Positions 39,839-47,505 of a stretch of DNA of 64,000 bases are shown one piece after another. Every line of letters begins with the position of its first letter. Within the stretch, counting starts at the first letter, position 1. The stretch is from the NCBI GenBank assembly GCA_963977015.1, contig CAXBMO010000006.1, forward strand, positions 128,001-192,000, given 5' to 3'. Below the pieces are notes generated by a model. It was given only the letters and a program-made list of their open reading frames with translations, had not been told where the DNA came from and searched no databases. Origin of the DNA: an uncultured bacterium (lineage in GTDB: Bacteria; Verrucomicrobiota; Verrucomicrobiia; Verrucomicrobiales; DEV007). The position numbers were made by a program, and so were the translations under genes.

Positions 39839-41758
39839 ATGAGTTCGACGACCGAATCTGCTGCTGGCCACGGCCACGACGATCACGACCACCACGATCC
39901 TTCGTTCTGGCAGAAGTACATTTTTTCGACCGATCACAAGGTAATCGGAATCCAGTACGGAATCACCTCGCTGGTCTTCATGGCGTTTGGATTTTTCCTC
40001 ATGATGGTGATGCGATGGAGCATCGCGTATCCTGACCAACCACTTCCCCTGGTCGGGAACTGGCCGTTTTTCCGGAATTGGATTGGCGAAGACGGATTGG
40101 TGACTGGTGAGCTTTACAACATGTTTGGGGCCATGCATGGCACGATCATGGTGTTCCTGGCCGTGGTGCCTCTCGCGTTCGGGGCTTTCGGGAACTACGT
40201 GACTCCTCTGCAAATTGGAGCCCCGGATATGGCGTTTCCCCGCTTAAATATGGTGAGTTATTGGTCTTACCTGTTTGGCGGAATCTTGATGCTGACAAGC
40301 TTCTTCCTGACCTCTGGTGCCGCCAAGGTGGGTTGGACAAACTACTCACCGCTCGCCACCACGACAGACCTTCATTTCCGCGATAAGTTCTGGACCGGGC
40401 AAACCCAGTGGCTCGTTGCGATGGTCTTCTTGATCAGCTCGTCACTGTTGGGCGCGGTCAATTTCATCACCACCATCATCAACCTCCGTGCGCCGGGAAT
40501 GACCTGGTTTCGGATGCCCTTCTTCTGCTGGGCACAGTTGGTGACCGCCTTTCTCCTGCTGCTCGCGTTCCCGCCACTGGAAGTGGCCGCAGTGATGCAG
40601 CTGATGGACCGTCTTGCCGGAACCAGTTTCTTCGTCCCGACCGGATTGGTCGTTGGAGGATCGCTCTTTGATTCTGCCGGCGGCGGTAGTCCGTTGCTCT
40701 ATCAGCACCTGTTCTGGTTTTTGGGACACCCGGAGGTTTACGTTTTGATCCTACCAGCGATCGGAATTGTTTCGGAAGTTGTCGTCAACAATACCCGAAA
40801 GCCTCTCTGGGGGTATCGGACCATGGTCGGAGCCGTGATGGTGCTCGGATTTCTGAGCTTTATCGTATGGGCCCACCACATGTATCTCACGGGAATGGGG
40901 ACCGCGATATCGACGTTCTTCCAAACCACGACGGTGCTCATTTCTGTTCCGTCGGTGATACTGATCACCTCCCTCCTCATTTCGATGTGGGGTGGTTCGA
41001 TCCGCTTCACGATGCCCATGCTCTGGGCGACCGCTTTCATTCCCATGTTCGGAATTGGAGGTCTTACCGGGTTGCCTCTGGCGTTTAACCTCATCGATCT
41101 TCACCTTCACGATACCTACTACGTCATCGGGCACTTCCATTACGTCGTCGCGCCGGGAACCATTTTCGGGCTGTTTGCCGGCATCTACTATTGGTTTCCA
41201 AAACAGACGGGGAGACAGATGAACAAACTCCTCGGCCACCTCCATTTTTGGCCATCGCTCATCTGTATGAACCTGATTTTCGCGCCGATGTTTATTCAGG
41301 GCATGTCAGGAATGCACCGCCGAGCGTTTGATGGCGGGGCTGCCTACGAGCAGATCGCAAGTCAGGTTTACTTGGGAGCGGATCATCCGTTGGCAAGAAT
41401 GTTCAATGCCTTCTTCAAGAACGGTGCCCACCTACCCGTCGAGGTGATTGACCTGAACCTGGTGACCTCTTTTGGGGCGTTCGTCCTCGCCTTGGCTCAG
41501 ATCCCATTTGTGGTGAATTTCTTCTGGAGCATGTTCAAAGGAGGGAAGAGCACCGAGCGCAATCCCTGGCAGGCAACTACCTTGGAGTGGGCCTGCCCAA
41601 CGCCTCCTCCTCACGGGAATTTTGACAAGGACCCGGTGGCTTATCGCGATCCTTACGAATACAGTGTGCCTGGAGCTGAGTCAGACTACACTCCACAGTT
41701 TGAGCCTGATCCAGCCGAGGTTACCGAACCTGAAAAGAAGGATGCTGCGGCTTCCTAG
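39839..41758 (+). CDS. ctaD: Cytochrome c oxidase subunit I, A1 type
   Basis: MHGTIM, GAPDMAFPRLN, GHPEVY, WAHHM, HDTYYVIGHFHY; all six His ligands present. Confidence 0.96.
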   Translation: MSSTTESAAGHGHDDHDHHDPSFWQKYIFSTDHKVIGIQYGITSLVFMAFGFFLMMVMRWSIAYPDQPLPLVGNWPFFRNWIGEDGLVTGELYNMFGAMHGTIMVFLAVVPLAFGAFGNYVTPLQIGAPDMAFPRLNMVSYWSYLFGGILMLTSFFLTSGAAKVGWTNYSPLATTTDLHFRDKFWTGQTQWLVAMVFLISSSLLGAVNFITTIINLRAPGMTWFRMPFFCWAQLVTAFLLLLAFPPLEVAAVMQLMDRLAGTSFFVPTGLVVGGSLFDSAGGGSPLLYQHLFWFLGHPEVYVLILPAIGIVSEVVVNNTRKPLWGYRTMVGAVMVLGFLSFIVWAHHMYLTGMGTAISTFFQTTTVLISVPSVILITSLLISMWGGSIRFTMPMLWATAFIPMFGIGGLTGLPLAFNLIDLHLHDTYYVIGHFHYVVAPGTIFGLFAGIYYWFPKQTGRQMNKLLGHLHFWPSLICMNLIFAPMFIQGMSGMHRRAFDGGAAYEQIASQVYLGADHPLARMFNAFFKNGAHLPVEVIDLNLVTSFGAFVLALAQIPFVVNFFWSMFKGGKSTERNPWQATTLEWACPTPPPHGNFDKDPVAYRDPYEYSVPGAESDYTPQFEPDPAEVTEPEKKDAAAS

Positions 41759-41794
41759 CTCGCAGAACGCAGTCTAGTGACAAGATAGAATAAG

Positions 41795-43294
41795 ATGGAA
41801 ATTCCATACACCGTCAATCCCCGTCGCGATACGGGCCTCTTCAATGCAAAAGTTGGCATCTGGCTGTTTTTGGCATCAGAGGTGATGCTCTTTGGGGGAT
41901 TGTTCTCCGCCTACATATTCCTGCGCACCGGCGTTCGTGAAGGCGTTGATATTCCTTGGCCGAACGGACTCGACGTCCATGGCTGGATGTACTGGATCGG
42001 GTTCATCAACACCCTGATTTTGATTGCCTCGAGTGTGTTCGTCGTCATGGCGTGGGCGCAACTCAAGCTTCGGAATTACGGCAAGTATCAGCTCTACATG
42101 GCTGGCGTGTTGATCTGTTCCGCTCTCTTCATGGTCAACAAGGGCTATGAATACAACTCCAAGCTGAATCATCACTTCGGCATCTATCTCACGGATGGGA
42201 CGCTTCTGGATGGTGCCCTCGTTAAGGATGAAAAGCATGGCATCAAGGGCGACGAAATTGTTTTCCAGGCCGATGAGGTGGATTTTGCCTTGGTTGGGAC
42301 TGGTGTGTTTGGAAAGGCCGATCCCTACTTCCTCGATTTCGCAGAGAACAAGGATCTGACCTATGACATCCAACTCTTCAAAGCGGAGTCGGCGGATGGA
42401 AAACTGGAGTTCGTGGAAGGCGAAATGAAGTCAGGTTTGTCGGCCGACCTTATCCCCGGCGTGCTTGATGTTCATATTGCGGAGTTGGAGAAAGCGGCTG
42501 CGGCAGATGCCGTCGAGCGGAAGAAGGCTTTGAAGCAGAAGATTCGCGAAGCTGAGGGAGCTGCAAAGATTGCCCTTCAGAGGGAATTGGCTCTGCTCCG
42601 TCCCATCAAGATTCCAGGCAAGGTCGTTGGAAAGCCTTCCGAGCCTGCCAACTACGTATTTAAGCGGAAGGAAATTTTGGGCGGTAAGCCAGGCAAGGAA
42701 TCGATCGCATTTTTCCGCGGCAATGGGCTGCGGGGAACCTTGGTTGATGACACCGTGGATATCGAGGTTCACACCATCGATCTTCAAATGGTGGCGGTGG
42801 ATACCGAATCGATGGCCTGGGGCAATGACATTTGGTCTCATGGCGAAGGCGAGGCGATGAAAGAAGGCTACCTCCATCACAAGGCGGAAGCGGAAGAGCA
42901 CTACCGGGAATTCATTCAGCAAGGGTATTTCCCGGCTGACAAGATTTACCGCTGGCATCACGCACATGCGGCTCACTCCAAAGCCGAGACCGGAGGAGAG
43001 GACAGCCACAGCGAGTATTCAGTCGTTTCTGTTCCCGGTGATCAGGTGAGAAGGATGGGGAACCATGGACCCAAGTTTGGCCCTTACTATGCAATTTACT
43101 TCACGATGACGGCCTTACACGGACTTCACGTGGTTGGTGGAGCGATTGTGCTTGGCTATTTCCTCTTCTTTGGTCGGAAGCTCTACAAGAAGAATCCTGA
43201 ACACCTTGCCAACCGCGTCGAGGTTGGAGGTTTGTTCTGGCACTTTGTGGATCTGGTTTGGATCTTCCTCTTCCCGCTCTATTATCTCCTTTAA
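41795..43294 (+). CDS. ctaE: Cytochrome c oxidase subunit III with large soluble insertion
   Basis: WLFLASEVMLFGGLF, NTLILIASS, K.YEY, then YF.MTALHGLHV and WHFVDLVWIFLFP, separated by ~300 aa hydrophilic sequence. Confidence 0.9.
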   Translation: MEIPYTVNPRRDTGLFNAKVGIWLFLASEVMLFGGLFSAYIFLRTGVREGVDIPWPNGLDVHGWMYWIGFINTLILIASSVFVVMAWAQLKLRNYGKYQLYMAGVLICSALFMVNKGYEYNSKLNHHFGIYLTDGTLLDGALVKDEKHGIKGDEIVFQADEVDFALVGTGVFGKADPYFLDFAENKDLTYDIQLFKAESADGKLEFVEGEMKSGLSADLIPGVLDVHIAELEKAAAADAVERKKALKQKIREAEGAAKIALQRELALLRPIKIPGKVVGKPSEPANYVFKRKEILGGKPGKESIAFFRGNGLRGTLVDDTVDIEVHTIDLQMVAVDTESMAWGNDIWSHGEGEAMKEGYLHHKAEAEEHYREFIQQGYFPADKIYRWHHAHAAHSKAETGGEDSHSEYSVVSVPGDQVRRMGNHGPKFGPYYAIYFTMTALHGLHVVGGAIVLGYFLFFGRKLYKKNPEHLANRVEVGGLFWHFVDLVWIFLFPLYYLL

Positions 43295-43297
43295 GTC

Positions 43298-43720
43298 ATG
43301 GCAAGTTCACCCGAAGAAATTCGTAAACACATCAACACCTACTGGAAGGTTGGTGCCGCGCTCTGCGTGTTCACCTGCATCACCCTTGCGCTGGGGATTT
43401 GGCATCCGTTTGATTTTGGTTTTCCCGGTGTCGACACCATCGATATTGTTGTGGGTTTGTTGGTCGCCACCATCAAAACCAGCTTGGTGATGCTGATCTT
43501 CATGCACTTGAACCACGAGCGGGGTTTGATCTACAAGACCCTCCTGTTCACCGTTGCGTTCGCCATTAGTTTGATGGGCCTCTCGTTGTTTGCGAAGGCT
43601 GACCCGATCAAAGCGCATTCCGATGTTACGGTAAAAGTGGACCGCGAAGGCGAGAAGGAACGTATTATTGGTAGTGCGAACCAACCTCACTCCGATTCGA
43701 CGAAGGAGAGTTCCCACTAA
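43298..43720 (+). CDS. ctaF: Cytochrome c oxidase subunit IV family
   Basis: Three TM segments, ATIKTSLVMLIFMHL. Confidence 0.88.
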   Translation: MASSPEEIRKHINTYWKVGAALCVFTCITLALGIWHPFDFGFPGVDTIDIVVGLLVATIKTSLVMLIFMHLNHERGLIYKTLLFTVAFAISLMGLSLFAKADPIKAHSDVTVKVDREGEKERIIGSANQPHSDSTKESSH

Positions 43721-43747
43721 GGAAACACCCATCCGAAACTTCCAACC

Positions 43748-43951
43748 ATGAGTCTGAAGCAATTCCATGTCTTTTTCATCACACTAGCAGTGCTCTGCAC
43801 GTTTAGTTTTGGTGTTTGGGCACTCTTTGCTCCATCAGACATCGTGGGAACATGGGGAAGAGTGGGTGGTTTCTTAAGCGCCGCCATCGGAGTTGCCCTG
43901 GTTCCTTATGGCATCTGGTTCGTCCGGAAATCGAAGAACATCATCACGTAA
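43748..43951 (+). CDS. Small two-TM protein in oxidase operon
   Basis: MSLKQFHVFFI..., two hydrophobic helices, operonic position. Confidence 0.7.
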   Translation: MSLKQFHVFFITLAVLCTFSFGVWALFAPSDIVGTWGRVGGFLSAAIGVALVPYGIWFVRKSKNIIT

Positions 43952-43983
43952 TCGCACGCGGCCACCCCTGACCTATACTTCCC

Positions 43984-44184
43984 ATGGACCTTCTTAATTT
44001 AGATACCATTCTAGCCTGTCCCGCTTGCCGGTTTAATGACTCCAGTGTAACCCAGGCCGCCAATCTTGCGATCGGGGTCATGGTGATGGTGGTTTTTGGA
44101 GTTCTCAGTGCCTTCATAGCCTTTATTGTCAAACTAGCAAAGGGCGAGCGCGCTGTAGCCGCCGTGGAAACACGCCAGCATTAA
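43984..44184 (+). CDS. Small membrane protein with CPxC motif
   Basis: LACPAC followed by a TM helix, immediately upstream of subunit II. Confidence 0.65.
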   Translation: MDLLNLDTILACPACRFNDSSVTQAANLAIGVMVMVVFGVLSAFIAFIVKLAKGERAVAAVETRQH

Positions 44185-44225
44185 TTGTGTGAGACTGGCT
44201 GGGAAGCCTCAATTGATTTAGTAAA

Positions 44226-45020
44226 ATGGATCCTATTCTTGGTTTTAGTATTAACGAACTTCTTGGACAGCCTGAGTTGGCTTCAAAGCATGGTGGTCAG
44301 ATCGATCACATGCTGGAAGTCGTTCACTGGTTCATGGCCATTCTCGGAATTGGATGGACCATTTTCTTTTTCACCGTTCTCTTCAAATTCAACAAGAGGG
44401 CGAATCCGGCGGCAAGTTACAAGGGAGTAACCTCGCATTTTACGACCCACCTTGAGGTGCTGGTTGTGATTGTCGAAGTCGTTCTGCTCTTGGGTTTCGC
44501 GTTTCCACTCTGGGCCAAGCGCGTTGAGGACATTCCGAGCGAGGACGATCCCAATGTGGTGCGAGTCCGTGCTGTCGGAGAGCAATTCCGATGGAATTTT
44601 CATTATGCAGGAGCTGACGGTCGTTTTGGTTTGGTCAAGCCGGAGAACATCAACGGGACCAATCCTGTTGGTTTGGTCAACGCCGATCCGAATGCCTTTG
44701 ACGACTTCCTCGCGAACGAGCTGATCTTGCCAAAGGATCGGATGTGTATTGTTCAGGTATCCTCCAAAGACGTCATTCATAACCTGGCGCTGATCCCCAT
44801 GCGGATTCAGCAGGACGCGATTCCAGGAATGGAGATTCCGATGTATTTCACCCCAACCAAGACCGGTCGTTGGGACATTGTTTGTGCCCAGCTCTGTGGT
44901 GCAGGCCATGCCAAAATGGTCGCCTTTCTGGACGTTCAGGAACAAGAGGAGTTTGATTCATGGTTTACCCAGAAAACCGAATCTGCTGCTGCCAAGGCAA
45001 CCGCTGCGGCTGCCCAGTAG
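44226..45020 (+). CDS. ctaC: Cytochrome c oxidase subunit II (CuA, no fused cytochrome c)
   Basis: Two TM, QFRWNF.Y, DVIH, CAQLCGAGHAKM CuA motif; ends without CxxCH. Confidence 0.94.
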   Translation: MDPILGFSINELLGQPELASKHGGQIDHMLEVVHWFMAILGIGWTIFFFTVLFKFNKRANPAASYKGVTSHFTTHLEVLVVIVEVVLLLGFAFPLWAKRVEDIPSEDDPNVVRVRAVGEQFRWNFHYAGADGRFGLVKPENINGTNPVGLVNADPNAFDDFLANELILPKDRMCIVQVSSKDVIHNLALIPMRIQQDAIPGMEIPMYFTPTKTGRWDIVCAQLCGAGHAKMVAFLDVQEQEEFDSWFTQKTESAAAKATAAAAQ

Positions 45021-45113
45021 TCTTTTCGTTGGGGATGAGACGGCCCGGGAACTCCTGGGGCTGACACTCATGATCCAAACCCGCGCGAGGCATGATGCTC
45101 GGGCTGTTGAACT

Positions 45114-46112
45114 ATGTCTCTCGTCCTCAGAACTGCTCAAGTAGCGCTCGTTTCGGTCATCGTGCTCGTCTTTGTCGGCGCGATTGTGAGGTCATCCGGC
45201 GCTGGATTGGGATGCCCTGATTGGCCGACTTGCTGGGGACGCATCATTCCTCCCACCAAAGCGGAGCAGATCGATCCGGAGAAGCTGGACATTCCCAGAT
45301 TCAAGCGATACGCGGAGCGCCACGGCATCGACCCCGACACGGTTGAGCGAGAATCGGTTCTGGGTAGCTTCAATGCGGTTCACACTTGGACGGAGTTCAT
45401 CAATCGTCTCACATCGTTGCCCTTGGGGGTATCGACCCTGCTCCTGGCCATCTTCTCGTTTCGGGCAAGCCGTCATCGCAAGTGGGTAGTCGCCTTGGCT
45501 TGGTTTGCCCTCCTCGATGTTCTCTTCAATGCGTGGATGGGGGCCGAAGTCGTCCGCAGTGGATTGAAGCCGGGCATCATCACCCTTCACATGGCGCTCG
45601 CATTGCTGCTGATCTGTGTGCTGGTCACCATCACATGGTTGTCCCGCACCCCAAAGGTGTTGGACATTGGTGAAACCCGCCATCTCCGATGGGTGTCGCT
45701 TCTCTTTTTCGTCTGTCTCTTCGCGGAAGGCATCTTCGGGAGCCAGGTGCGCGAAATGACCGACCAACTGGCCAAAGCGGCTGGAGATATGCCGCGAAGT
45801 GAGTGGATTGGCGCGCTTGCCTCCACCTCCATTTACCAGATTCACCGGAGCTTTTCGTGGTCACTGCTCGTTTCCGCCGGAGCCGTGTTCTGGCTTGCCC
45901 GGCGCAGCAGGAGCGGCGCTGAGGCTTGGGAGCCCAAAGTGATCCTTGGAATCGTTCTCGCCATGATGTGCATGGGAATCATTCTCGCCCACGTTGCGAT
46001 TTATCCCGTCGTTCAGGTCCTCCACGTTGGACTCACCGCAATTTTGCTTGCCGTAACCTGGAAATGGGTGCTGGAAGTCTTATCCGCCCCACGCCATGAG
46101 CACTCCATCTGA
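45114..46112 (+). CDS. ctaA: Heme A synthase (COX15/CtaA)
   Basis: GAGLGCPDWPTC, EFINR, TLHM, IHR, VLHV. Confidence 0.9.
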   Translation: MSLVLRTAQVALVSVIVLVFVGAIVRSSGAGLGCPDWPTCWGRIIPPTKAEQIDPEKLDIPRFKRYAERHGIDPDTVERESVLGSFNAVHTWTEFINRLTSLPLGVSTLLLAIFSFRASRHRKWVVALAWFALLDVLFNAWMGAEVVRSGLKPGIITLHMALALLLICVLVTITWLSRTPKVLDIGETRHLRWVSLLFFVCLFAEGIFGSQVREMTDQLAKAAGDMPRSEWIGALASTSIYQIHRSFSWSLLVSAGAVFWLARRSRSGAEAWEPKVILGIVLAMMCMGIILAHVAIYPVVQVLHVGLTAILLAVTWKWVLEVLSAPRHEHSI

Positions 46113-46974
46113 TATTCCTTCTCGCGCCGATCTCGTCGAGCTCACCAAAGCTCGGTTGAGCATCATGGTGGTCGTGACAACGGGGGCCGGCTTCATCTCC
46201 GGTTGGCCTGACGAGACGCCATTCCATTTCGCGCTTCTGTTTCACACCGTTTTTGGAACGATTTTGTCCGCCTTTGGCGCCGCCGTCTTCAATCAGCTGA
46301 TGGAGATTCAGGCCGACAAGAAGATGAAACGCACGGCAGACCGGCCGTTGCCTGCGGGGCGCATTCCGCCGGCTGGTGCGTTTGTGATTGGTTGGGTGTT
46401 GTCCGCCTTTGGCGTGGTTCACCTCGGTGTCAAAGTCAATACCTGGGCCGCGGTCATCGCCGGCCTTACGTTGGTGGTTTACATCTTCATCTACACGCCC
46501 CTCAAGCGCCGTTCGAGTTGGAACACGATTGTCGGCGCGGTCGCGGGTGCGCTTCCTCCGGTGATCGGCTGGGTTGGAGCGGGCCGGGGCTTGGATGCTG
46601 GAGCACTCTGGTGGTTTGCCCTGCTGTTCTTTTGGCAGCTTCCCCACTTCTTCGCCATCAACTGGATTTACCGGGAAGAGTATCAGAAAGGGGGCTTCAT
46701 CATGTTGGCCAATCAGGATGACGATGGGAGCAAGACATCGCGTTGGGCGCTCATCTTTGCCGTCTCGTTGGTGCTGCTGGCGTTCGTTGCACCCGTGGCT
46801 GAAATCACGCGGTGGTGGTTTGTCTTTCCCGGAGCCCTTGCGGCGGGATGGCTCGTGATGCTGTCGCTCAAGTTCGTCAAAACGCCCGAACGTTCGACCG
46901 GACGCCGTCTCTTTTTCGGGACCTTGATCTATCTGCCGATCGTGCTTGTTGCAGCGCTGCTCGCGAAGCCGTAG
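46096..46974 (+). CDS. ctaB: Protoheme IX farnesyltransferase (heme O synthase)
   Basis: LTKAR, NQ..E...D..M.RT..RPLP, YTPLKR, WQLPHF. Confidence 0.95.
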   Translation: MSTPSDIPSRADLVELTKARLSIMVVVTTGAGFISGWPDETPFHFALLFHTVFGTILSAFGAAVFNQLMEIQADKKMKRTADRPLPAGRIPPAGAFVIGWVLSAFGVVHLGVKVNTWAAVIAGLTLVVYIFIYTPLKRRSSWNTIVGAVAGALPPVIGWVGAGRGLDAGALWWFALLFFWQLPHFFAINWIYREEYQKGGFIMLANQDDDGSKTSRWALIFAVSLVLLAFVAPVAEITRWWFVFPGALAAGWLVMLSLKFVKTPERSTGRRLFFGTLIYLPIVLVAALLAKP

Positions 46975-46985
46975 CATGGTTGGCG

Positions 46986-47498
46986 ATGGAGCCATTCGAA
47001 CTCAATACGGAGCGCCTCCAATTGCGTCACCTCGGCTTGGACGACTTTGACGCGATGCGCGAGATCCAGGGCGACGACGAAACGATGAGTTTCTACGGTG
47101 GTGCGTTTTGTTCCGAGAAAACCACGAACTGGATCGAACGAAGTCTCGCTTCCTACGCAGAAAACGGATTTGGGCTCTGGGCCGTCATTCATCGCCAGGA
47201 AGCGCGCTTGGTGGGGCTGTGCGGAATCACCTATCAACTTATCGATGGGGAGCAAATCCCCGAAATCGGTTATCAGTTCAATCGCAACTATTGGGGGCGG
47301 GGTCTCGCCACGGAAGCGGCGATCGCCTGTCGAGATCATGGATTCACGGAACTGCGCTTCCCGAGGTTGGTGTCGTGGATGGCGCCGGACAACTTTCCCT
47401 CCCGCCGGGTCGCCGAACGTGTCGGAATGACGATGTGGAAGGAAGTCATCAATTCCAAAACCGGAACTCCCCATGTGGTCTACGCGATCGAGCCATGA
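46986..47498 (+). CDS. GNAT acetyltransferase, RimJ/RimL-like
   Basis: TERLQLR, EIGY, YWGRGLATEAA, N.PSRRVAERVGM; start reset. Confidence 0.9.
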   Translation: MEPFELNTERLQLRHLGLDDFDAMREIQGDDETMSFYGGAFCSEKTTNWIERSLASYAENGFGLWAVIHRQEARLVGLCGITYQLIDGEQIPEIGYQFNRNYWGRGLATEAAIACRDHGFTELRFPRLVSWMAPDNFPSRRVAERVGMTMWKEVINSKTGTPHVVYAIEP

Positions 47499-47505
47499 CC
47501 GCGAC

